Shown in pieces: positions 1 to 10,520 of a stretch of DNA of 64,000 bases. Source of the DNA: Macrostomum lignano. Taxonomy: Eukaryota. Below the pieces are notes generated by a model. It was given only the letters and a program-made list of their open reading frames with translations, did not search any database and was not told the origin of the DNA. A program made the translations under genes and the position numbers. How positions within the stretch are numbered: position 1 is the first letter of the stretch; every line of letters starts with the position of its first letter. The stretch lies in NCBI GenBank assembly GCA_002269645.1, contig NIVC01003216.1, positions 46,610 to 110,609 of the forward strand, written 5' to 3'.

Positions 1-366
1 GCTGTAACCAGAGCTCAATGCACACAACGCATAGCTGTGACCTAGCCATCGATGGCAACAGGGACCAGTTCAATTCTAGCATTTGCAGCGCTACAGAATC
101 TGCCGCCAACCAGTGGTGTGGGAGATGCAGCTCGCAAAGAGACAACACATCAAGTACGTCACCATCTACAACAGGCAGGACTGCTGCGCTTAGCGGCTCA
201 ACCACTTCTCACTGCAGGTGGACGACGTTGAGTGCAACCGAGTAAACCTGACGAAGCCGTTCTCCGTGGCCAACTTCAGCTGCAACGCCTTCGGCAGCAT
301 GGTCCGCGTGCAAAACTTGCAGGCTACATTTCTTAACGATTTGAGGGTTTGAAATTTACGACTAGA
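1..366 (+). pseudogene. F-type lectin (FTP/fucolectin) domain exon, degenerate copy 1
   Basis: Reads CDLAIDGN...NQW then, after a frameshift, YVTIYNRQDCCA*RLNHFSLQVDDVECNRVNLTKPFSVANFSCNAFGS. This matches the FTP motif pattern (AIDGN, WW, IYNRxDCC). TAG at 191-193 lies where the paralog at 2809-3596 has TAC. 5' part is outside the window. Confidence 0.75.
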
Positions 367-1577
367 GCATGCAAATGTCGTCCCCAACAATTAAACTTAC
401 TGAACAAAATAATTTGAAATAGTAAAGTTCGATTTTATTATAATCCTATGTCGTTGTCACATAGAGATTCCAATTTCTTAACGTTAACGTAAATGCGCTT
501 TAACGAGTCACTAACTGAAGCGAACAAAAGTTCCAAGAGTATGTTTTAAAAAACAAATATTTCTGGTCACTTACCTTGAAACTCGGGGGTAAGCAAACAC
601 TTTTAAATTAAGGGCCAGATACAGAATCCAGCTCATGACTGCAGACCAGAGAGAATAGAAAAAGAAGAGAGGGTAAAGTGGGGAGATGAGAAAGGAGACG
701 GGAGAGGAGGGAAGAGAAGAGAGAGGGGAGATGGGATATGAGAAAACAGAGGGAGAAAAGGAGGCAGCTAAGAACAGACACAAGACTTGAGCGGACCCGA
801 ATTGCTATTGTGAAGTTTCAAAGTGCTGTGGCTATAAGCCAAGCTGAACCATAAACAAAATGGTTTGCCTCCCAGTGCACCGTACGCTTTAGCAATCTAC
901 GTGTAACGAGAGCAAGCTAGGCTTGCAGAAATAAATATATAATGAGACAAGAGTCGAAGATCGGCTGGTTTTAATATAGTCTTAAGTTCGTGACTTGTTC
1001 CTTTGACTAGTCATAAAAACAAAAGACACAACACACAGGACCCGAGGGCCGTATAGAGAGGCTTCGTGGCCGCAGGCCGAAGCTTGCCGGCCGACCCCTG
1101 TTTTAAAACAAAGCTTCTAAAATTCTAAAGTACAAGCATGAAACCAAGAAAAAATTTGGAAATATATAATTTACTATGTTACAACAGCCTCTGCAGAGAG
1201 TACTTGAATCGTCGGACTGATTCATAATGAGATTTATTCGGAATAGGAAGATGTTATTTTTGTTTAAATACCGTTAATAAGTTAAAAACAAAGGATTTAG
1301 AATACTGCATATAGCTGGTTTGGAAAGAAGACTATGACTGTGGTAAAAAGCCAGTCGAAATAATTTTATCGTGATTAGTTACTGCAAGTAGAAAAGTAAT
1401 GTATTAACATGCATTCATAGTGGCCAATCAAAATCCAAGGTCGTCCAAGCAAATGCACAGCGTTCAAACTTTATCAATTGTAAAGGCAGAGATCAGAAAC
1501 AGACGGAATATTCAGGCTTTTTCAGGAATCTACAACTGAAATTATTCATAAAACCGAAGTTGACTAAGTGGTTAATC

Positions 1578-2696
1578 ATGCGAAATAAAGTTATAATACT
1601 TCTATTCCTTTCTGCCAGTAGAATCACCATGGCAACCATTGCTACTATACCTATTTAATCGTTAAATCCAGCAGCCCAGTTGCTCCCCCATCGATGGAGG
1701 AGGTGGTGCAGGACGAAAACCCGCTGTTTTGCGCTAGAAAATGCACGAATCAAGTGTTGGGCTGCTTCGGCTTCAGCTGGATCCAGGGACTGTGTCAGTT
1801 CTTCAATCTCTCCGCGTTTTATAATTCGACTTGGGACAAGTGTGATGCTGTTGACTGCAAATTCGATGTTTACAAGAGACATCTCGGTGAGCTTTGATCG
1901 GAATAATAACACGAATATGGACAATTGGAGTAGCAACACGATGTACTGCAGTGGCGCACGCAGCGGGGGACAAGAAGGACAGCAAGACAAAAGTTTCGCT
2001 ACTCCAAAACCTCCAAAAACTACATAATATGGGCGACCATGCAAGCTCGACGAATCGCAGTGCCTACACTTTTGCTACTTTTGGACATAGCATCAACCGG
2101 TCTAAGAGACAGGCTTGTGGCACCAAGAGCCAGGGACACCCACCAAGAGACAGGGGGCTCTCACCAAGAGACAGGGGCGCTCACCAACGTTCTGCCAGAA
2201 TGTCTTGTTTTTCAATAAGCGCCCATGTGTTCCATACACCTAGTGTACCAATCAGCACTGTGCCTCAGTGCGGTCTTGCCAAGCTTTCAAATTTCATTAG
2301 CACGCCGATTTCTGACTTTGGCAGCCACTGGCCTTATCCAAATCTTCAAAAAATAGCACCAGGGTGCTATGGACACCGACCTGCTGTGGACTATGGCACA
2401 GATGAAGCCTCGACAGTGTGCAAATCTCAACTGCAAGTTGCTTTCAACAGTTTCTTAAGTACTCAGTCATCACCCCGACGCCGTCGGCACCTTCTGCAGG
2501 TAGCCGTCTTGGCAAAATCATTGACTATCTGAACGTTCCAGATAGCTAGCGACATCAAGTTGCTCCTTTGCTCCGTTCAGGAGCAGCAAAACTTTTCTAG
2601 AGAGAGGGGGGGGCGAATTTTACTTTGTATAAAAAACGCGGCTATTTTTTGTACTTTTACTGTTAAAAACTGTGTAAATAACTCCTAAATAAATAA

Positions 2697-2728
<32 letters not shown>

Positions 2729-3596
2729 AAATAAACTCTAGTGTAAATAACTCCTACTGTGTAAATCTCATGATGGCTAAAATAATCAATCCCGCTATCA
2801 AATCTTAGAACCGCGTCGTTTGAACACTTCAAACTGCGAGCAGAGCAGCCTGATTCACGATGGTGTCTGCACCCGAGCCATAGACGGCAACACTGGCCAA
2901 TATTACACCACGGGATCCTGCTCCCACACTGAATACGGCAACGGCCAGTGGTGGAAAACACAGCTATCCACATCTGCTCTTGTTTCCTACGTCACCATCT
3001 ACAACAGACAGGACTGCTGCGCCTACCGACTCAACAAATTCTCGCTGCAGGTGGACGGTGTCGAGTGCAACCGAGTGAACCTGACTGGGCCGTTCTCCGT
3101 GGCCAACTTCAGCTGCAACCATAGATAAAGTATACATAGATTCCACCCCTGCCCCCGCGGAGTGTCTAAATTGTGACCATCACTTTATTCACTGCGCTCC
3201 TATTGGCTGGGCCACGCTATGCACATTGAGTCCACGTGTGTACATTCCCCCAACTCCGGAACACTTGCGTGTCGACTTCATTCTTGCTAAACTGTTGAAA
3301 CTGGTAAGACATCCTTTCGTTCCGCGCATTAAAGTTATAAAGCTTTCTTGTGTGGAATGGGTCAGGGAATGAAATCGAAGGGGTTGAAAGGAAGGCTTTC
3401 GCGCCAGCCAATGAGAGCACGGTGAGTTTTATGGTGGTCAAAGTTTGGACACGAGCGTGTGTACATTCTGGGCAGGGGTGGAATCTATGTATACTTTATC
3501 TATGGCTGCAACGCCTTCGGCAGCCGAGTTCAGGTGCAGAGCCTTCTGCCATATGAACTTACAATCTGTGAAATAGAGATTTATGGGATTGTGTGA
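1578..3596 (+). pseudogene. Secreted PAN/apple + FTP lectin gene, interrupted by a MITE
   Basis: Exon ending at 1886 encodes CARKCTNQVLGCFGFSWIQGLC (PAN-like). Phase-1 intron GT1887..AG2808 joins it in frame to the FTP exon 2809-3119. Removing the MITE and one TSD gives ...ANFSCNAFGSRVQVQSLLPYELTICEIEIYGIV* (stop 3594-3596). The signal-like MRNKVIILLFLSA at 1578 is out of frame with the PAN exon. Confidence 0.7.
3120..3504. mobile_element. MITE, 385 bp, 35-bp perfect TIR, 8-bp TSD (hAT- or P-like)
   Basis: CATAGATAAAGTATACATAGATTCCACCCCTGCCC at 3120-3154 and its reverse complement at 3470-3504. GCTGCAAC is duplicated at 3112-3119 and 3505-3512. Confidence 0.92.
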
Positions 3597-3682
3597 TGTA
3601 ACAACAATGACGGTGATATCAAACTCGTAAATCTGGTCTGAATATCAAAGCAAGATACATGTAGACAAAAAATCGACAAAAT

Positions 3683-6600
3683 TGTGAGCCATTGATTTGC
3701 TATAGAGCGCCCACCCCATTTTTCCGGGTCCGTACGTCAGCCGGCTTTCTCTCTCTAACTCTCGCCCCCTTATCTGTACTCGTAGTAAGCAAAGTGTACA
3801 TTTACGACCACCACCCCACGCAATGCAGTAGCCGACTAAATATTAAATAAATAACATCGTCTCGCCCACTGTGGCTTTCGTACTTCTTCGTGCAACTGCC
3901 AAATCATGCATTAAACTCTTACATGGCGTCGCAAGCCATAGCACTATCGCCACCTGGCACCTTCGATGCAGAAGGTGAGCCGCATACCATCGCACAAAAG
4001 TGGAAAAATTGGACTCGGCGCTTTGAGAGCTACCTTGTCGCGGCCGGCATCAAAGATGAAAATCAAGCTCAAGAAATCCTACTCTACTCAGCCGGCGAAT
4101 TCATCCACTCGCTCGTCGAAGACAACAGCATTGCACGAGGCGAATCAGCCAAGAAACTAGCAGAAAACATTCAAAGCCACCTGGACAAGAAAAACAACAT
4201 CGTCTTCCTACGATACATGTTTGAGACCTGCCGACAGCTAGAGGGCGAAGGAATCGATGCCTGGTATGTCCGACTGAAGAAACTGGCGGAGCCATGCAAG
4301 TTCGGCGACTTGAGCAACTCGCTAATTCGGGACAAGATTGTGGCGTACTGCCGGTCTGAGAAAATGCGGCGCGATCTGCTCCAGTCAGGCGACATCAGCC
4401 TGGCTGACACGCTGACCAAGATCCGCGCCAGAGAAACAGCGGAGCGACAGGCGCAAGCAATGGAGCTCGGCAGCCGACCGGTGCCGGAGGACGTGGCAGC
4501 AGTGAGCAGCAGCGGCCGCGGCTCGAGAGCGGCAGACGGAAAGTCGCAGGTCACCTGCAACCGGTGCGGCAGACAAGGGCATGCTGAATGCGACACCGCC
4601 CGGGGCAAGTCCTGCAGGAAATGCGGCAAAATCGGACATTTCGCCCGTGCGTGCAGGTCCAGTAAGGCCGGCCAGCTCAACGCCATCCCGAGCGAGCAGG
4701 AGAACGTGACCTACCTGCTGGACAAAGACTCAGCTCCAGTCCAGGAGGGAATCTTCCACGTGGCCAGTGATCCGGCGTCAGCGAGAGTGACCGCTCAAAT
4801 CGGCGGCACCTCCATGGACATCCTTATCGACAGCGGGGCCGGTTGCAACATCATGGACGTCAGCAGTTTCAATGGCCTGCCACACCGACCCCCACTGCAG
4901 CCAGCCAGCAGCCAGCTGTTTGCCTACGGAAGCTCGCACCCAATGAAGCTGGTCGGCAAGGTGACTCTGCCTGTAAATGTTTTTGGTGTCTCCAGAGACG
5001 CGCCCTTTTTTATATTCGACGGCAGGGGCGCGACGGTCCTCGGCAGAAAATCTGCAATCGAAATGGACATCCTCCGTATCGGCCCGCCCAGCAGTCAGCC
5101 GACACCCGAGGTTCTCGCCGTCCACCGATCAGAGGGCCTCATCGACCAACTGCTCAAAGGAAATCGACTAGCGGACGAAGGCCTCCCAGAGCAACTGCAG
5201 CTGAGCCACATCCTCACCAAGCACGCTCAGGTTTTCAGCGGCATCGGATGCGTCAAGAACTACACGGCAACGATCCACCTGACGGAGGACGCCAGGCCGG
5301 TCTGCCACGCGTCCTCAAGGGTTCCTGTCCACCTGGCCGCAGCGGTCGACAAGGAGCTCAAGCTGCTTGAGGACCTAGACATCATCGAGCCTGTCAACGG
5401 CCCGGCACCCTGGGTGGCTCGGATGGTCGTGGTGCCAAAGGCGCAGTCCGGCGAAGTTCGAATCACCCAGGACCTCCGAGATGTCAACAGGTTTGTCATC
5501 AGGGAGCGACATCAAATCCCAACTTTCGAGGAGGTGACTGGGTGCATGGCAGGCGCCAAAGTCTTCTCGGAGCTGGATGTTGCCAAGGCTTTCTACCAGA
5601 TCCTTGTGGCGGAAAGCTGCAGGAACCTGCTGACCTTCTCGACACCACGGGGGCTGCGACGGCTCAAGCGGTTGTGCATGGGCCTCTCCACGGCTCAGGA
5701 AATCCTCCAAGTCGTCATGTCAGGCATCCTGGCTGGACTCGACAAGGTCAAGTGGATTCATGACGACATCGTTGTTTTCGGGAACTCCTTGGAGGAGCAC
5801 AACAGGAATCTGGCAGCATGCCTCGCCCGCCTCCAGCAGCACGGCGTCACGCTCAATCCCGGAAAGTGCAAGCTAGCCAGAGACAAGATCACATTCATGG
5901 GCATGCAGCTCTCAGCCAGTGGAGTGCAGCCCACCGAAGACAAGATCGAGACAGTCAAGGCATTCAAGGCTCCAGAGACCACCAGCCAGGTGAGGTCATT
6001 TCTAGGCCTTGTCAACTACCTGGCTGTGTTCACACCGCAGCTGTCAAAAATCGCTGAGCCACTGCGGCGCCTGACGAAGAAAGGCGCGGTCTGGAGATGG
6101 AGCGAAGCTGAAGACGCCGCTTTCAAGCAGCTGAAACAGCAGATCACGGAAGCCGGCGCCCTTAGCTTCTTCGACCAGAGACTGCGAACCGAGCTCATAG
6201 TCGACGCCGGTCCGAGGGGACTCGGAGCCATCTTGGCGCAGCGGCGAGAAGATGGCACTTCAAGACCAGTGGCCTATGCCAGCCGGTCGCTCTCCGATGT
6301 AGAGTCCAGATACTCACAGACCGAAAAGGAGGCGCTGGCAGTGAAATTCGGATGTCTCCGATTCCAATACTACCTGCACGGCGCACCTCGATTCGATGTG
6401 ATCACGGACCACAGGCCGTTGGTCAACATGCTGGCGCCAGGGTCGAGGCCGCCTCCTAGAGTCGAGCGAATGGCTCTGCAGATTCAGCACATGAACTTCA
6501 AGGTGGTGTATCGCCCAGGGCCCCAGAATGCGGCAGACATCCTCAGCCGACAACCGCTAGCGACATCCGGGCACAACAAAGATGCACAGCAGAACTCCGC

Positions 6601-8419
6601 CAGCATCGGCGCGGTACTGCAGGCCGCGGTGCCGAGAGCGCTCACAGTAGAGGACATCAGGCGGCACTCGCAGACTGACCCGCTGATCAAAGCCGCAATC
6701 GCCGCCATCCAGGGAGCCAGGTGGGACCTCGGCCACCCGGAGCTGAGGTCACTGTATGCACTACGAGACGAGCTTGCTGAGGAGGACGGAGTGCTGCTTC
6801 GGCGGGACAGGATTGTGGTGCCAAGCAGCCTCCGGGAGACAATGTTGCGCCTCGCACATGCCGGACACCAGGGACTGCGGAAGACACTGGCCAGGCTGAG
6901 CAGCAAAGTCTGGTGGCCAAAGATGAGCGCAGATGCGGACAAGGCCGTCAGCAGTTGCCGCAGCTGCATCATGACATCACATAAGACGCCACTGCAGTCG
7001 TCCAGCATCCCCAAGGGCGCCTGGCTGTCGATTGGCGCCGACTTCCTCGGTCCGGTGCAGAACAAGATGCTGCTCGTCTGCGTGGATCACTACTCCCGGT
7101 ATCCCGAGGTGCAGGTCATGCAGTCTACTACAGCGGAGGCAGTCATCCCGAAGCTGCGGGAATCATTCTGCAGGTTCGGCATCCCAGAGGAGCTCGTTAC
7201 GGACAATGGGCCTCCATTCTCGTCGGCGCAGTTCAAGGATTTCCTCAGGAGCTTCGGAATTCGACACCGGGCCATCACTCCGCTCTACCCTGCGGCCAAC
7301 GGCATGACCGAGCGCCTGAACAGATCGATCAACAAGGTCGTCCGCGCTGCAATCGCGGAGAGCAGGGACTGGCGCGAGGCTCTGGACGAGTGGATTCTGG
7401 CGTACCGGACGGCGCCACACGCCACAACCGGACGCGCACCCGCGGAGCTGCTGATGGGCCGCGCTTTGGGCAACGGCGTCCCCGGCCGGCGGCCACCAGC
7501 GCGGGTGCGCATCAACGACAAGGAGCTGCGGGAGCACGACTGCAAGCAGAAGCTGACGATGAAGCGGCACGCCGACGCTGCTCGAAGACCAAGAGAGCAC
7601 AACTACGCGGTCGGCGACCAGGTGCTGCGGAAACGCGTCAACCCGCTGAAGGGCCAAACCCCATTTGAGAGCGAGCCCTGGACTGTGACCAAAGTGCAAG
7701 GCAACTCGCTGCAGCTACGGCGCGGTCAGGCCACTTGTCGGCGACACTGCACGGCCCTGACGGCGCTGCCACCGGAGCCCGACCTAATGGAGCCGCAGGC
7801 GGCGGCACCCGACGCTGCCGGCCCCGCCGACGTCGAGCAGAACGTGCCGATCGCCCGCACCCCGCATCCGAGAGCGGCGAAGGAGGGATTCAAAGTCTAC
7901 ACTTGATCGAGGGGGGGGGGTGATTTGATAGGCTTGAAATCCGTCGCAACTGTTTAAAAATGTTTGAAACTGTTAAATGTCTTTTGTAACCTTTTGCGTT
8001 TTTTTCGTTTCTCGAAATGCTTTTATTCCGGCTGCGTCCGTTGTTTTTTTTTATTCAATGGTCAGCGGCAACCAATATTTTATTTCCCCTGCAATCGGTA
8101 TGTCGTTCGAGTCTCCCGCGCTTCGAATGCAAGCATCGAGTTTTCAAAAGTGATTTTCTTTTCTGCGTTGAGGAGAGATGTGAGCCATTGATTTGCTATA
8201 GAGCGCCCACCCCATTTTTCCGGGTCCGTACGTCAGCCGGCTTTCTCTCTCTAACTCTCGCCCCCTTATCTGTACTCGTAGTAAGCAAAGTGTACATTTA
8301 CGACCACCACCCCACGCAATGCAGTAGCCGACTAAATATTAAATAAATAACATCGTCTCGCCCACTGTGGCTTTCGTACTTCTTCGTGCAACTGCCAAAT
8401 CATGCATTAAACTCATACA
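3683..8419 (+). mobile_element. Full-length Ty3/Gypsy LTR retrotransposon
   Basis: 241-bp TG..CA LTRs at 3683-3923 and 8179-8419, one mismatch seen; 5-bp TSD AAAAT (3678-3682, 8420-8424); TGGCG PBS-like start at 3924; purine tract before the 3' LTR; single gag-pol ORF. Confidence 0.95.
3923..7906 (+). CDS. gag-pol: Gag-Pol polyprotein (Zn knuckles, aspartic protease, RT, RNase H, integrase)
   Basis: CNRCGRQGHAEC and CRKCGKIGHFARAC knuckles; LIDSGA protease; WIHDDIVVFG RT; IVDAG...EKEALA...TDHRPL RNase H; HAGH..CRSC plus DFLG/TDNG/GMTERL integrase in Gypsy order. The likely ATG (3923) overlaps the LTR/PBS junction; the track's GTG start at 3890 lies inside the LTR. Confidence 0.95.
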   Translation: MASQAIALSPPGTFDAEGEPHTIAQKWKNWTRRFESYLVAAGIKDENQAQEILLYSAGEFIHSLVEDNSIARGESAKKLAENIQSHLDKKNNIVFLRYMFETCRQLEGEGIDAWYVRLKKLAEPCKFGDLSNSLIRDKIVAYCRSEKMRRDLLQSGDISLADTLTKIRARETAERQAQAMELGSRPVPEDVAAVSSSGRGSRAADGKSQVTCNRCGRQGHAECDTARGKSCRKCGKIGHFARACRSSKAGQLNAIPSEQENVTYLLDKDSAPVQEGIFHVASDPASARVTAQIGGTSMDILIDSGAGCNIMDVSSFNGLPHRPPLQPASSQLFAYGSSHPMKLVGKVTLPVNVFGVSRDAPFFIFDGRGATVLGRKSAIEMDILRIGPPSSQPTPEVLAVHRSEGLIDQLLKGNRLADEGLPEQLQLSHILTKHAQVFSGIGCVKNYTATIHLTEDARPVCHASSRVPVHLAAAVDKELKLLEDLDIIEPVNGPAPWVARMVVVPKAQSGEVRITQDLRDVNRFVIRERHQIPTFEEVTGCMAGAKVFSELDVAKAFYQILVAESCRNLLTFSTPRGLRRLKRLCMGLSTAQEILQVVMSGILAGLDKVKWIHDDIVVFGNSLEEHNRNLAACLARLQQHGVTLNPGKCKLARDKITFMGMQLSASGVQPTEDKIETVKAFKAPETTSQVRSFLGLVNYLAVFTPQLSKIAEPLRRLTKKGAVWRWSEAEDAAFKQLKQQITEAGALSFFDQRLRTELIVDAGPRGLGAILAQRREDGTSRPVAYASRSLSDVESRYSQTEKEALAVKFGCLRFQYYLHGAPRFDVITDHRPLVNMLAPGSRPPPRVERMALQIQHMNFKVVYRPGPQNAADILSRQPLATSGHNKDAQQNSASIGAVLQAAVPRALTVEDIRRHSQTDPLIKAAIAAIQGARWDLGHPELRSLYALRDELAEEDGVLLRRDRIVVPSSLRETMLRLAHAGHQGLRKTLARLSSKVWWPKMSADADKAVSSCRSCIMTSHKTPLQSSSIPKGAWLSIGADFLGPVQNKMLLVCVDHYSRYPEVQVMQSTTAEAVIPKLRESFCRFGIPEELVTDNGPPFSSAQFKDFLRSFGIRHRAITPLYPAANGMTERLNRSINKVVRAAIAESRDWREALDEWILAYRTAPHATTGRAPAELLMGRALGNGVPGRRPPARVRINDKELREHDCKQKLTMKRHADAARRPREHNYAVGDQVLRKRVNPLKGQTPFESEPWTVTKVQGNSLQLRRGQATCRRHCTALTALPPEPDLMEPQAAAPDAAGPADVEQNVPIARTPHPRAAKEGFKVYT

Positions 8420-10199
8420 AAAATGACCTCATTGTTTCTAATAAATCAACACAATCAGATAAGTCTCTTCAATTGAGCATCGAGTAAAGCTATCAATGAC
8501 ACTTTACGAGCGTAGACAGATCCTTGTAACTGAACATGACTGAACAAATTACTGCGTTCTATGTGTTAAAAAGTTTAGGCCTCAAAAAACAAATTGATTG
8601 CATGAATTCCTCAACGAATTTGTTATTTGGCTTTGAAACTTTATTTAGACACAACAAAATTAAAAAAGAGTTTGTCGAAAAGAAGATAACATAAGAGGTG
8701 TGTCAAGATCTTTTACGATTTGTCTTTGCTGTGCAGCAATTCTGCAATCATCATTGATGATTTTCCAAGAACTGAGTCTAATGTGCAGGTAAAGTTGTGC
8801 AGGAATATATTTTGTGGTTAAAAGTGCTTTTAGTTCTGCTGTAATTCCGAATCGAAAGCTTGTCTAGATTGATCACGCGCTCACAGAAGAAGTGTATATA
8901 TAATAACACCCGCCTCAATTTTGTGCTCGAGAGGGGTGTGGGGGTAAAGCCCCCACATTTGTACCATCGACACATTTCCAAAAGAAGTGTCAGTGTAGTT
9001 ACCATCTAGTCTGCTTCAGTTAGAAAGACGGAAACGCAAGTTTAGAGCGCAGGAGAGACATTCATCATGGACTTCTATACTTCTATGGCATCTTTTTCTC
9101 TGCACACTGCTAATATATATAACAACATGCAAATAATTCGTTCCCAATCACAAGTAGTCCTGCCTGAATATAAAATTAATCAGTTTGAATTTGCGTCGTT
9201 GCCTCGCGATAAAAAATTAAATACATTTCTGATGGCCTCATGTGGTAACGCGAATTTTTTCGCTTCCAGTCCAGATGCTAAGTATAGAAGTCCATGCATT
9301 GATAGACTCGGCTTCGCCTCGGCCTGAGAAACGCATCCTGGACTTTCTTTCCCATAGAACAAAATCGAGGCGGGTGTTATTATACACATCCATTCGAATT
9401 CACAGCTGAGCACTTTGCTAGTAGTCCAGTTGACTACTAAACCGAGGACCGTGAAGACGATAAGCGATCAACTAAGATCATTATAACAGTCATTTTTTTC
9501 CATTTTCGCCTTTGAAATTAGAACTCAAAAGTTTTATATCCAATCCAAGAGCAATAAAAAGCAGCCTTCACTTTAGGTCTAGCTGCATACAATACTTTTG
9601 TAAAATACAAGATTTAAAAAAGGACGTAAAGCGTTCTGTGACTGATTTTCCTGATACTACATGGCTTTGACTATCATGGTGTACTCTATCCGAGCTTACT
9701 TTTTCAAAAATGAAGCTTGGCAGACTGCTTAGTTCTGTGCAGTCTGTTTCGGATTCTACTGCCTGGTTGATTCGTGCCGACTGTTCAACGCGTCTGCCTT
9801 TACCAGCAATCAATGGCGAATCGTTCATCATCCTATCGACGTCCATTTTCAGTAAGTTGCGCACGTAATGTACATGTAAAGTGAAACCAGAGTTTACCCT
9901 TGGTTTTCTTAGTTTACTCGTAGTTTACTCATAGTTCAGTCAAAGTTTACTTCAAGTTTATCCATCGCTTACCGTGATAAAGCAATTGTATCAGGATACC
10001 CGCAACGAACGGTGGGTGGATTATAAAGAAAAGTAGTAAAAACTTAATTACAATATCATCCTATCTTACTGATGCTTTCTCTAAACAGATCTTTTCGAAA
10101 TTCGCAAGAGATGTAGCTCGCAGTAGTGTTAGAGAAAGAGAGAGAGAGAGAGAGAGAGAGTTCTTGTGCAACTATTGCTCGGATTATAACAATGAAGCT

Positions 10200-10520
10200 G
10201 GACACTGTTGAAAACCTATCGACGGAAGCACATGCAAGTCAATTTTTGGGGGATCGTGCAGCCACACTCTACAAGCTGGAAATCAATGGTGGGACGGTGA
10301 GAGGGGCAGCTGGCCGCTACATCGTTTTGTCTCTTGCGTCACCATCTACAACAGACAGGACTGCTGCGCCTACCGGTTCAATGAATTCTCGCTGCAGGTG
10401 AACGGCGTCGAGTGTAACCGAGAGAACCTGACGGAGCTGTCCTCTGTGTGGCCAATTTCAGCTGCACCGCTTTCTGCTAGCTTATGCGCTGAACAGCGAG
10501 ATGCGAATCTATGAACTTTA
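10200..10520 (+). pseudogene. F-type lectin (FTP) domain, degenerate copy 3
   Basis: GSCSHT..GNQWW...VTIYNRQDCCAYRFNEFSLQVNGVECNRENLT, nearly identical in DNA to 2920-3110, followed by an indel and a stop. Boundaries approximate. Confidence 0.75.

Noticed and set aside
500-790. GA-rich segment resembling the LTR family at 19921
   Set aside because: Could not find TG..CA ends with a TSD; the resemblance is compositional.
1894-2532. 212-aa ORF
   Set aside because: Lies within the phase-consistent intron of the PAN+FTP gene and includes dispersed-repeat sequence; no recognisable domain.
3966-7923. Many alternative-frame and antisense ORFs over the Gypsy
   Set aside because: Shadow ORFs of GC-rich gag-pol coding sequence.
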